Below are positions 35,433 through 48,111 of a DNA stretch of 64,000 nt, in pieces. Below the pieces are notes generated by a model, which was not told the DNA's origin, ran no database searches, and saw only the letters and a list, made by a program, of their open reading frames with translations. Position numbers and translations under genes: made by a program. Position 1 is the stretch's first letter. Each line of letters opens with the position of its first letter. Origin of the DNA: Entomortierella parvispora E1425 (lineage: Eukaryota; Fungi; Mortierellomycota). The DNA lies in contig BQFW01000004.1 in assembly GCA_020891255.1 (NCBI GenBank), forward strand, positions 2,294,001 to 2,358,000, in the 5' to 3' direction.

Positions 35433-37029
35433 ATGGAGGACACAATACGCAGACTGGAACAACACCACCTCCACATCGTGGACCAACAGACTCATCCGCT
35501 CGACTCTGCGGACAAAACCAGACCGGACACGCCAACGAGCGCCACTGACGATACCACGCCTTCGACCCGGTCCTCTTCTGGATCTGATGACACATCCTTG
35601 TCCGAGCCAGCTCTCTTTACCAAAGGTCTGCCGTTCCAGGACGAAGCTAGCAGGATACGAGCAGAAGATCACTTGCCTTCACCCTCCACAAGCACCGCCA
35701 CAACCCCCGTCCCTGCCTTTGCCAAGGTCCAATACGAACTGGTTACTGTTGTCGGTGACAGGGAGGTGCGCTCGGACATGCCTTTGAGTTCTCTTCAACA
35801 ACTCTACTTGCCTATACAGGAGGATGCTTATAGACATGTTGACCCGGAGACCAAGACCCTCTCATTCCCGCATCAACCTGGCTTCCCCGCTGTGAAGATG
35901 CTGCCAAACCAACAACGAAAGAGAATCTTGGTCACAGGAGGTGCAGGCTTTGTAGGGTCACATTTGGTGGATCGATTGATGTTGATGGGGCACGAGGTGA
36001 TTGTACTGGACAACTTTTTCACGGGCAGCAAACGGAATGTTCAGCATTGGTTAGGTCATCCTCATTTCGAGTTGATTCGACATGATGTCGTGGACCCATT
36101 CATGATTGAAGTGGATCAGATTTACCACCTGGCCTGTCCGGCATCGCCACCGCACTATCAATACAACCCTATCAAGACCGTCAAGACCTCGGTGATGGGC
36201 ACGATCAATATGTTGGGACTTGCAAAGCGGACCAAAGCACGGTTCTTGTTGACGTCCACTTCAGGTAATGAAAGAGCCAGGCGGGAATGCCATATGTTGT
36301 CATCTCTCCGTGATGGATATTTTTGTTTAGAGCCTATGCAAGATGATGTGCTGACAATCAATCCCTTTCTTTCCCTTTATTTTTTCCTCCCTCTTTCCCC
36401 TTCCTGCATTGTTTAAACATTAACCAGAGGTTTACGGAGATCCAGAAGAGCACCCTCAAAAGGAGACGTATTGGGGCCATGTTAACCCGATTGGACCCCG
36501 CGCCTGTTACGACGAAGGAAAGCGTGTTGCCGAGACATTGACCTATTCGTACATGAATCAAGATAATGTCGATGTGCGTGTGGCCAGGATCTTCAACACT
36601 TTTGGACCTCGCATGAACGAGCATGATGGACGGGTGGTCAGTAACTTCATCATGCAAGCACTCAGAGGCGAAGACCTGACGATCTATGGCGATGGACAGC
36701 AGACGCGATCATTCCAGTACATTCACGACTTGATTGACGGCCTGATCCTGCTCATGAACAAGAACTACAAAGAGCCCGTCAATTTGGGCAATCCGGAAGA
36801 ATATACCATCAGGGAGTTTGCAGAGATGATCCGGGACGAGATCAATACTGAGGTCAAAATCACAGGTCGTCCCCCTATCGAGGATGATCCCCAGAGGCGG
36901 AGACCTGATATTGGACGTGCTCAACGGTATCTTGGCTGGGAACCCAAATTCTCGGTTAACCAGGGAATCCGCGAGACAGTGCAGTACTTCAAGAAGACGA
37001 AGGATGAGCAGACCTCATACCAGAACTAA
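35433..37029 (+). CDS. UXS1: UDP-glucuronic acid decarboxylase (UDP-xylose synthase), 2 exons (35433-36264, 36428-37029)
   Basis: [46 protein letters not shown]|[15 protein letters not shown] (YxxxK), [19 protein letters not shown]. Confidence 0.97.
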
Positions 37030-37297
37030 TGACGACCAATACGGACGCAACCCTCTTCTCCAGTCACACATACTTTTGAATAAAGAAAAGAGCATATTTT
37101 CCTCTGAGGCATCTTTATTGGTGGTATGTTCACTTTTTTTTTCTCATTCTTATAAAAATGTTATCCTGAAGTCTGAGCCGCCGTCGACTCGTAGGAGATT
37201 TTTTTTTCCATTGGGATTTTTCGTTGACATTGGGTGGGGTTGATCTGGGGTGATCCGGTCGGTAGCGTTCCTTAGCATCGCTTTGATATCTATCCTT

Positions 37298-38875
37298 TTA
37301 GCGTCGAAGAGCTCCAGGTGGTGGTCCACGTCTGAATTGGAAAGAAAATGCGAGAAGAAAAGAGAGAAAAAAAATGGAAGAAACAGAGGATAACGAGGGT
37401 GATCCCATTGGGAAGTACGCCGCCGCCACCAATGTTGGTCATTTTGCCTTCGGTGAGTCCTTTAATCCAGTAAAATCGAAGCCTTCCAGAGCCGTAAACA
37501 AGAAAGAAAAGACAGACTGCCATGTTCCACTCCCGTTTCCAGACTTTTTTTTTCCCGCTCCAGCTCCAGTTCCAGCTCCAAGCGCGCCCCATGCAAATAT
37601 TTCCCATGTTCCAGAAAACTGCAAAAGAACAAAATAAAATAAAATAATAGCAAGGCCAGTCTCCTCAAGTTTCTAGAGCACCATGAGAGAGGCATATTTT
37701 CTCCCATCCACCATCGCTTCTGATCATGACCTTTTAAAGTCTCAACCAAACGACAGAGATGGGATCACAAAAGGATGGTCATACGTGCTCGAGCAATACA
37801 AAGTTTCGAATAACCCCAGGAAATAAAAGCAAAACAAGAAAACAAAGCAAGAGATGGATAACTTACCCGTAAGGGCTGGGGGATCGACCACGGCCACTGT
37901 CACGATAGTATGGAGAAGGAGAGCGTCCACGGTAACCGCCACCGCCACCCATGGGATAGGGAGGCGAGCGACCGCGGTATCCACCGGGACCTCCATAGCC
38001 ACGATCAGGCGATCGTGAGTATCCACGTCCACGGTATCCATAATCATAATCCCGTCCGTAAGGGGGAGGAGAGCGACCGCGTCCATAGCGAGATGGAGGT
38101 GGGCCTCCACGGTAATCTCTTGGTGGAGGTCCATAGCGTCTGTTGTCGGCACCTCGACAGAAACGAGCCAAATGGCCGGGCTCGCCACATTTGAAGCACT
38201 TTCCAGATTTCACATCCATGCCTTTCTCGCTTGCCTCAGGGCACTCGCGAGCCCAGTGACCGGTCTGGTTGCACAAGAAGCATCCGCTTCCGGGACCGCC
38301 TGAGCGTCTAGACCATTCAACAGAGATGCGCTGACCGTCCAGTTCGTATCCATTCAGTTTGTTAACTGCATCATCAGCATCACGAGGGTCCTACAAGCAG
38401 ATATATCAAAAAGAATGTAGTTTTAGACACTGATAAACGACGTAACCATTTAAGGCCACATAGTTTCTGAATAACGAACCTCGTATTCAACAAAGGCGAA
38501 ACCTCCGTGCTTGAGCTCGACGGAGAGAACGCGGCCATATTTTTCGAACTTGAAAGAGGTCGATATTAGTAAGCTGCCGAGTAGAATCAGAACTACAACA
38601 AGCAAGTAGAAGAGAATCCTTACCAGCTCTTCGACATCCCGGCGCTCTGTTCTCAAACTGAGGTGACCCACATAGACGGTCGTGTGAACGGGACCGGAGG
38701 CAGGTGGGGGGGCAGACCCCTCGATGGCTATCATGAAAAAAAAAAAAAAAAAAATCGAAATGAGAAACCATGCTGTGCATTCCTTGTCCTGATGGCAGTG
38801 AAAGAAAGGCGAAATCTGGCTTGTCCTATTGAGCATACCTGAGGGCAGTGGTGGAGGTGGCGGTGGCAAAGACAT
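37298..38875 (-). CDS. SR-family splicing factor: RRM + two CCHC zinc knuckles + RS/RGRSP-rich tail, multi-exon
   Basis: RNP2 VYVGHL, RNP1 GFAFVEYE|DPRDADDAV...[35 protein letters not shown], repeated GRSP/RSPSP. Identity of the last exon is uncertain. Confidence 0.9.
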
Positions 38876-39070
38876 GTTGGAATGGGTACAAAGGGTGTGT
38901 TGATGAAAAATGGGGGGAAAGAACAAGAGAGAAGTGCGAAAGGCAGCTGTCTGGTGGTCCAAAACTGGCGAAAGCTCACACGTGACTCAAAAAACCAAGC
39001 CACCAAAGGGACACATGTAAGAACGGTGCCCCCTGCGCCCATCTTGTTGATTCCACACTATAACTTCAAC

Positions 39071-42000
39071 ATGACGGCGCGTCGCAAATCAGGAGGGTCC
39101 GATGTCCGCTACTACGAGGCTCAGGACACCATTGCTCAGTTTGAACGCATCGCAGACGACCTAACTCGCGATCTCCAAAAGAGCCAGCCCGGATCCGACA
39201 TCACCATCACCGCCAAAGAACTCGCCACATTTACCCATGGACTTCAGCAGTTCCAGGAGGATGTCCTGGGTACCAGCAACGCACACCTGATTCCCTCTGC
39301 CCCAGCTCGTGTCCCTGCAAAGATCTTTCGCACAGACACCATCACTTCGGGCTCGCCTATCTACAAAGCCTTGAAGGCTGCGTACGAATTCCGTCAGGCC
39401 CAGGGCTGGAGACGTTGGGATTTTGCAAGTGTGTCGAAGCGACAGCAGAATCTGGCTCTGGTGTCTCATATCCGCGAGGAACTTGTACGCCAGAACCTTA
39501 TCAAGAACCCAGTCGTGGCGTTTGATGACACTGTTGAGAAGGAAGAGCGGGAGAAGCTCGAGGCTATGGTTGTTCGCATGGGAGGTAAAGTGATTTCTCA
39601 ATTCTTTTGTTATTTTGTCCTTCTGCCGGAAGGATGCTCTAGTATATTTCTTGGACGCAAGCTCACTGATCTGTCTTTTATCTTCTTCAGGACGTGTCAC
39701 CTCTGATTCTAGTCAGGCATCGCATCTTGTGCATCTTTCCACTGAGGAACTTGAGAGTCCAGAGGGTGAGGAATGGCTGCGGACATTGGAGAAGAAGGAC
39801 GGCAAGGTTCTTGTTCATTACTGGTACTATCCCGATTCCTATGACGAATGGCTCTTGGAGACCTCGAGCGAATTTATGGACCCTGAACCCGTTCCAGAGC
39901 ATGAGGGTGCTTGGAACATATCGACCCGTTGGATCAGGGACAGTGAAAAATACAACGAGTGGATGAACGAGGAGGATTATGAACCTTCATCAGACCAGAA
40001 CAGTGATCAGGAATCCATCTCTGGATCTCCTGCCCCCTCAAGTAGCCGATTCGGAAAGAGAGACAACTCGGACAGAAATGAGCCACACTCCAAGCGCCAG
40101 AAGAGAAGCTCATCGTCCACTCCAATGGATGCTCATCCTGATCACCCTGGCCTTCAGGTTGTCTCTCTCGAGGATAACATGCCCAGAGGCCGCGGCTCAA
40201 AGAAGAACGAATACGAACCTATTGTTGGAGGAGAACTCGCCAATATCCCCGTCCTTCCAGAGGATAGCCAGCCGGAACCTTCACCCAAGATCGGGGAGGT
40301 AAAGGAGGATGCCGAATCGGAATCAATGGATGTGGATACAAAGCAGGAGGATGAGACAGAGGAAAAGACTTCGACCAGTTTGGACATGGATAGCAAAGTC
40401 ACCGATACTCCAGAACCGAGCAGCAAACCCGCAGCAGAGGGGGATGATGTCTCCAGTTCTCAAACCGAAGCCGAGCGCCTGCAGTTTGAAGAAGAAGCCG
40501 GCCGTTACCTGTCACAACAAACCCAGGAGGTGATTATCCCCTCGTATGCAGCCTGGTTTTCCATGTCCAAGGTCCACGATGTCGAACAGAAGTCCCTGCC
40601 AGAATTTTTCAACATGAAGAACAGGAGTAAAACGCCAACCGTTTACAAGGACTATCGCGACTTCATGATCAACACCTACCGCCTCAATCCATCAGAGTAC
40701 CTCACTGTCACAGCCTGCAGGAGAAACTTGGCTGGAGATGTCTGTGCCATCATCAGAGTTCACGCCTTCCTGGAGCAGTGGGGTCTGATCAACTACCAGG
40801 TTCGCCAACCTTTCGTCCTTTCGTTTGTTTTTTTGTGTAATCTTGTGTTGGATGAATAACGTGGCTAACCACCTCTTTTTGATGATTAGGTCGATCCCGA
40901 AACTCGCCCGTCCACAGTGGGTCCTTCATTTACAGGTCATTTCCGCGTCACAGCCGACACACCCAAGGGCTTACAGCCATTTTTACCAAGCGCACCTGAA
41001 CCCATCGCACCAAAAACAAAGTCGGAAACGAAGACGCCAGCAGCTCCAAAAGTGGATGCGAACCTTGAACTCCGGAAAAACATTTACCAAAGCACGGCAG
41101 GAGCAGCGATCGCTGCCAACAAAGACGGCGAAGAAAACGCAGAAAAGAAGCAGACTTTCAATTGCTTCACCTGCGGTACGGATTGCTCCAAGAGTCGATA
41201 CCACAGCATCAAGACTAAGAATTTCGAGCTCTGCGCAAACTGTTTTCTGGAGGGTCGCTTCCCATCCACCATGTCTTCAGGCGACTTTATCCGGTTCCAG
41301 TCCGAGAGTTTCAAGCAGTCAACAGAAGACGCCTGGTCAGATCAAGAGACACTCTTGCTTCTGGAGGGATTGGAGATGTACGACGAGGATTGGAACTTGG
41401 TGGCAGAGCATGTAGGAACGCGTGGTCGGGAGCAATGTATTCTCCACTTTTTACAGTTGCCCATCGAGGATCCCCATCTCGGAGGGCAGACTGAGCGTGA
41501 ACTTGGGCCTTTGCAATATCACCGAGTGCCTTTCAGCGAAGCAGACAACCCGGTGATGAGCGTGGTTGCGTTCTTGGCAAGCGTTGTAAACCCTGGTGTT
41601 GCTGCCGCTGCTGCCCAAAGTGCTTTGAGGGAGCTTGCCCTTGCCAAGACATCAAAGGACGAGACTGCCTCATCCAAAGAGCCTGTATCTGAAAAATCAA
41701 CCGAGAAGAAAGTGGAGGCTGATGAAGACACGGACATGGAGGCGGATAAGACAGCCGATGTCACAAAGGAAGAGACAGAGGAGGAGAAGAAGGAAGATGA
41801 ACCAATGGCTGATGCCACTGCCACTGAATCTGCAAAAGACGAGTCAGAGATTGCGGGTATCCCACGCTCAACGTTGGAGCGCGCTGCAGCCGCTGCGTTG
41901 GGTTCTGCAGCAGCCAAGGCAAAGACGCTTTCTGATTATGAAGAGCGGGAGATTGAGAGATTGGTAACGGTTGTAATCGAGATTCAGCTCAAGAAGTTGG

Positions 42001-42329
42001 AGCTCAAGCTGCAGCAATTCCAGGAGCTGGAGAATGTCTTGGAGACGGAAAAGTCAGAATTGGAGAAACAACGGCAACAGCTCTATTTGGATAGATTGGC
42101 CATGAAGAAGAGCATCATGGCCATGCAGGAAAAAATGATCCTTGCCCGACAGACTGGAAACCCACAAGTATTCTCGAGCGTCACGGTCCCACCGGGTGGA
42201 TTGGGAGGAACCGGTATGGCTTTTCAAAACAAGACAACTACACCTCAACAGGTCGAGGCCGGTCAAGGCCTTGGGCCTTTGAGCCGGGAACAAAATGCGG
42301 AAGGGGTCACTCTGCAGCCGTTACCATGA
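39071..42329 (+). CDS. SWI3: SWI/SNF-RSC core subunit SMARCC/Swi3/Rsc8 (N-terminal module, SWIRM, ZZ, SANT, coiled coil), 3 exons
   Basis: [15 protein letters not shown]...[32 protein letters not shown]-like [28 protein letters not shown]...[28 protein letters not shown]-terminal [10 protein letters not shown]. Confidence 0.96.
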
Positions 42330-44610
42330 GTCTAAAGGGTATCCTTCAACCACCCAGTTTTGTTTTTTCCCTGGTTCGCCTAGAAGTTTTAATAAAGGAT
42401 ACATGGCAATTCATGCACATCCTCCCCTCTTTTGGGATACCGGATATTGGCGAGACATGCACAATGTTCAAGGTGGGGCCAAAGGGATTCGATCCGGTTC
42501 TGGAGGATGTTTACTAGGCATCCTCGAGACATTGGCTGTGGGAATATTTTTTGTTTGTTGGTGGAGTAAAACATTGCATGGACAGGGGTACGTCCTTTGT
42601 CCTGACTCCTTTTGTTTTTGCTGTCGAGGTGTTCTTTGTTGACCCACCTTTGCACACATTTATGGAATATCATGGAAGACACGACGGTGAGCCCTCCCCC
42701 CGAGTCTTTGACAATGCAAGACGTTAGACCTATGCAATTTTCCTCTCTTTCACTTTCGTCCCATTTTTTTTTTGGTTTGCATGGTGACACGAAGGTGACA
42801 GGTGACAAGCCTGGTGGAAGCACAGACCCTAACAGTGGGCACAAAATAAATAAATGAAGCGTGCCGTCGTGGAAGGACTTTGGAGGAGTTCACAGGTCTT
42901 TGTCTGTTTGTCAAAAGGGACAATTGGCCGCCCCAAGACTGATGCAATGGGAAAAAAAGGACGCCAAAGGCGCAAAGGAAAAGAAGCAAGACCCCAGCCG
43001 AGACAATTAGAAAACAATCAATCCCTCATCATCAATGCTATCAAATAAGACCCTTTTTGTGATGGCTTTGTGCTCACTCCACGCCTCAGAGATGGAAGGG
43101 ACAGGGTGGGGAGGATAGCAAGATCAAGCAACAGTTTGGATTTTGGGTGGGAGAAACAAAAACAGACTCGCTTCTTTTCGTCTGGTGGGGATTGTTACGT
43201 GCAAGTTTCGTGGCTCAGGCGTTGTGAACCGCTCGGGTGCATTGCATTCGAGGTCGTTAGGAAAGCCCTGGATGTTCGGGTCAAACTCCTCTCAAAAATA
43301 AAAGGGAAAAAAACGCGGCAGATCCATCCTTGTCTGTGAACGTGATTGTTCTTTTCCTTGCGCAAACAGGTGGTTGCCTCTAGTCGCGTCAATGTGGAGA
43401 GGAAGGAGAGGAGAGGAATGACAACAGGTAAAGGGGGGGCTGTGGAGGGAGAGGGGAAAGCAAAAGGTGGCAGCACTGGAAGCAAGAGAAATTTCATCAC
43501 TGTGTTTCCCCACACTCGAACGACCGACCAACCCGAGAGCTGTGATGTTCGACTCACACGCACACGACCACCGCCCCACACGACCGCGTCCATTTCAATT
43601 CTCTTTTTTTCCTTCTTTCCTTCTCTTCTCTTTCTTCTCTCTTCTCCAGTCCTACCTCACTCGATTCTTTCTCTACTACCTTCACCGCCAGCATCACCGA
43701 TAGTAGCCCCTCATACACCACGTCCTGATTCTCTTCCCCCTCTTCCCAGATTCATCAGCGTATCCCCTCCGCAAGACCTACTTCTCCTGCCTCTTCAATC
43801 CGTCAAGCTGAGTCTTTTTTACCTGCTGCTCTAGTCAATCATCGCCGTCGGTCGTCGTTCTCTTCTTTTTTTTTCTCTTTTTTTTTGAACGCGTTGTTCT
43901 CCCCCCCTTCTATTCATACTCTTTCTTCACCCAACCAAGTTTTCAAAAATGGTTTCGTTGTAAGTTTGGAGTTTGTACCAGATTCTTACCCAAAGCAACA
44001 AGTTCCCACCCTCGTAGTTTCTGCACAACACTCTCCAAACGTAGTCAAATCACCCCGCAACGGCCATTGCCTGCTTCCCACCATTCTCGCCTCCACGAGC
44101 ACTCCTCTTTTTGACAACCCCTACCAACCGCCTCTCCTATATTCTGACTTTTTCTTGCCGTGAACAAGAAGACCGCCCCTCCCCTTTTTTTCCCTTTCCC
44201 CCTCCCTTCTTTTTTTTTCCCTTGCGGGCCAAAAGGACACACCTGATAGACGCACAACAAGCACCAAACCAACGGACAAGTGTTTTATTCAAGTCGTCAC
44301 TGTTTTCACATCCCCACACTAAGAGACAAGCCAAGCCAACGAAAAAGGCTGCACGAACCCATTTTTGGCTCTAACCGAACAAGACCAGAATCTCGCCCCG
44401 CGCATCAAGCAATTTTTTGCACTCGAGAGAGACACCACTAGTATCACAGCATATCATCTGTCGCGTCGTCACGGGAACACCTTCCAAAAGGAGCCGATTA
44501 TTTCCTTTTAATTCTGCCCACGTCTAATATATCCGAACCCACCGCACACAACTCAATCCGTCCTTGCCGATCTGCACGTCTCTTCACCCCTCCTTCCTTC
44601 AGACTCCGCA

Positions 44611-46217
44611 ATGGCTGCCACCATCACCACCACAACAACAACAACCATGGACGCGCCACTTACCCTTCTCCTTCAGGACCAGCCGACACAGGAAGTCGTG
44701 GTCAGCGCCACCAACCGTGCCCTGGCCCTGCCCGAGATTGTCTTTGAGATCCTCGCCTGCCTCGAGGCTCAAGGAGAGCTTTGTCCCCAGCAGGTTCAAG
44801 CATCGCTCCGCGCCTGCACCCTTGTCAACCGAACCTGGTTCTTTGACGCCAACATCTTTCTCTACCGCTCGCCGTACATCAGTGGTCGTGGATCCGAAGT
44901 CAAGGTCAACAACCTTGTTCGCACTTTGACCACCACCAACCGAGGACTCTATGTTCGTTCTCTGTCGCGTTGCAAGGTAGAGCTCTGGGAGATGTTTCCC
45001 TCCTTGGATAAGCTCTTTGAGCCCTGCCCTCGACTGGCGTCGCTGGACCTCTGCTTTCGCTCAGGTGAGAACGGTCACTTGATGGAACCTTTTGAGACAG
45101 AGGCTTTCAAGATTTTGAGCCCAACGGTCGCACAGGGGATGGCCCATGTCCAGGTCTTGGACCTCACCAGTGTTTCCATCAACTCTGTGACCAAGGATGA
45201 TACAGCTTACGCCGATGCGGCGTTGAACTGCATCAGTGCCTGTACGCGTCTTCAGAAGTTGGTCACCTCTCGTGCCGACTGGACCCACATCAAGACCATC
45301 TCCAAAAATCTCTCAGAGCTTAGCATCTCGTTTGTGGCCCCTCCAGATCTCAAGGCCAGCGTGGAGTTGGCTCCTTCGCTTGTCAACCTGACCCATCTGC
45401 ACCTCCATCACGTCCCACAGGCGTTACCCTCCTACGACTTCACGCGCGTTTTGGCTCAGTACTGCCGTTCGTTGACCAACCTCGACATTTGCTCAGAGTC
45501 TATTACAAGCCATGGACTTGAGATGATGGTCATGCACAACCCGCGATTGGTTTCTATCCATCTGCGCAACTGCCCCGATACTTACGCCGCCGCGGTCCTG
45601 GAGCACCCGCCTCTGAATCTGGAGCACTTTGATATGGGAACTGTGGACCCTCAGTTGATGCTTAAGGCTCTGACCGTGTGCCCCAAGTTGGCCTCGACAG
45701 GCAAATCTTCTCCTCGCAACAACAACACTGTTGAATTCTGGTCGCGATTCCTAGAGCAGGCTCGTCAGATCAAGGAGCTCCATGTGGAGCGCTGGTCCGA
45801 CTTCCACAGCAAGGACCTCTTCTTCAACACGGTGTTGCCCAAACTGGGACCTCAGCTAGTCCGTATCTGGTTCGGATGGCGCGATCTCCTGGGTTGTGAC
45901 GAATTGGAACGAGTGTTGACCTCCTGCGATCGTCTTCAAGTCCTTCGTGCCCCCGTTAAGGGCAATGGCCAGGTGAGTTGTGCCTATCATTTGCTAAACT
46001 GTACTCCCAATGCTGTCTGGTTTGCTACTTGTTCTTGAATCTAATCGTTCATCATATTTATCTTCTCTTATAGAACTTGGTTCGTTGCTTCAGAGTTGTG
46101 GCAGCCCGATCTCGTCTCCGCGAGGTAAAGCTTTTTGGAGACAATGTCAAGTTCTGTGATGACGACAAGCGACGCATGCAGCGTTTCTTGCCCGTCCTCA
46201 GCAGCTTCAGCTCTTAA
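44611..46217 (+). CDS. F-box/leucine-rich repeat (RNI-like) protein, 2 exons
   Basis: F-box-like ALALPEIVFEILACL...LRACTLVNRTWF followed by LRR-like CPRLASLDL, CTRLQKL, CRSLTNLDI. Intron ~45973-46071, stop 46217. Confidence 0.88.
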
Positions 46218-46458
46218 AGCACCTCAACCTTCATTTGTATATATTCTCCGAAAATCCCCCAAAACCCCAAACAAAAAAAACCCCCCTTGTAGTGATATCC
46301 CTTAGTTTTCTATATCCTTTCCTTTTTGCTCTTTTCTCGGATTCAGTGTTTCCTTGAGTGTCGGCGCCAGTGTAAATATTAAAGCTCTCGATTTGTAAAT
46401 AATTCCTAATTCCTTTAATATCACGATTTCGTTGGTTATCAATTGATTTTTGATGCCT

Positions 46459-47769
46459 TTAAGCAATGGCGAAACGCTGGGCAGCGCGATCAAACAGGCT
46501 TGACTTCAAGTCCAAATCCTGCAAGTAAGAGTGGTTGGGTGCTACGCTTTGCAATTGCCTGTACAGGAATGGGAGAGAAAGTGTGAGAGTTTGTTGTGTC
46601 TCGAGGTCGGAACTGACATCCAAAAAAAAAAAAAAAAGGTCTGGACTTACTGCACAAGGACATTGATCTCCTCTGTGGGTTTGCTCGTCAAAGTCGACAG
46701 GACAATTTGGTTGACGATCGCGTCAGTGTTGGAAGGTTCCCTTGCAAGAGCCTCTTGAAGGATTCCCTCGGCCTCTGGGTACTGACCCATCTGAATATTG
46801 CAGACAGCCTCTCCAACCAAAGACTTGACAGTGGGCTGAGTGGAAGAGGTAGCGATTTCTTCATAGATGTAGTATGCGTTCTGGTAACGATCTCCACCTC
46901 CGACACGGAGACCAACCCAGGCCTCCATGAGCTGAGCCAGCATGGCGTCCTCGGCCCAGGACTTGCAAGCTTCAACTTCCTTCTTTGCGAGATCGACACG
47001 GTTCATTTGCAAGTAGATTTGAACAACAACAGCAGCACTAGCGAAAAGAGTGCAAGCGCGAGAAATTAGCCAAAAGAAAAAGAAAATGGAAAATAAGGGA
47101 AAAAAAAAAGAAGGCAAACTCAAGATTAGAATAGCCGTGTTCACTCTTTCTTACCTCTCCAAGTGGTTGTTATGAGGCAACAGAACGCTCAACGCCTCCT
47201 CAACCAAGCCCTCGCTAGCAAGGACCTGGCCAACCACAACCTTAACCTCCAAGGCTGTGATTTCTGGCTCAGGGTCCTCCTCTGAATGGACCTGCAAAAG
47301 CTCTCTCAAATGGGACATGGCAGCATCTCTTCCAGCACTGTCGCTAGATTGGACTGCATCCAAGTAAACGGCTTGGGCCTTCAAGGCCTGGAGTCCAAGG
47401 CGGGACTCGGACGAGATCTCCTGAGCAACACGGGTATAGTTCTTGGTCGCGATCAATGACTTGAACAAGAAGAGGTCAAGCTGATGAAGCGTGGGATGGT
47501 TGGCGGAAGCACGTGTGCGAGGGGATGAGGCTTCAGTGATGACCTGGGTGTAGTTGCCTAAGAGGATAAAGAGGGCGGAACGACTGTCAACATTGATGAA
47601 GGACAAGCATGTCTGGAGGATGTCATCCTTTGGGTCCTGGCTAATTTCATCGCTTGCGCTGAACAAAATGCGTGCAACAGATTCCTGATGAAGCATCCAT
47701 CTGTGGGTGGTCCTGGCTATTACCCGCGTAGAAGAGGTTTCGGATAGCAAAAAGGGTGTTCTCGTCCAT
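46459..47769 (-). CDS. SEC28: Coatomer subunit epsilon, 4 exons
   Basis: MDENTLFAIRNLFYAG|NY, VQIYLQMNRVDLAKKE...AEDAMLAQLMEAWV...YQNAYYIYEE, FDRAAQRF C-terminus; typical COPE TPR protein. Confidence 0.95.
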
Positions 47770-48111
47770 GGTCTGGTGTTGATATGGGTGTGTTTGGGTG
47801 TGTGGTGTGGAGCGTTGTTCGAGAGAAAGAGATGAGAAGACATGCATGCCAGCACCAGCTCTCTCTGCGTCTGCCACGCTCCCCCGCGCCGATTCGTGGC
47901 TGCTGTACACCCTTAAGCCAAACTCTTTTTTGGCGGCGTTTCTCTCATTCTTTTTTTTCTTTCCATTCTTCCATTCTTCTGCAGTGCCACCTTCTTTTCC
48001 TCGGACCATTCATCCAGCAGAGGTCAGTCCATCATCGAGTCGGAAGCTGAGCAAACAGTCTCCATTCCCCCAATTAACCTCCCCTCATTTATCGTCCCAG
48101 ATTGGCCAATC

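Noticed and set aside
42389-44374. Many short ORFs between SWI3 and the F-box gene
   Set aside because: No consistent exon chain or motifs; composition fits 3' UTR and CT-rich promoter DNA.
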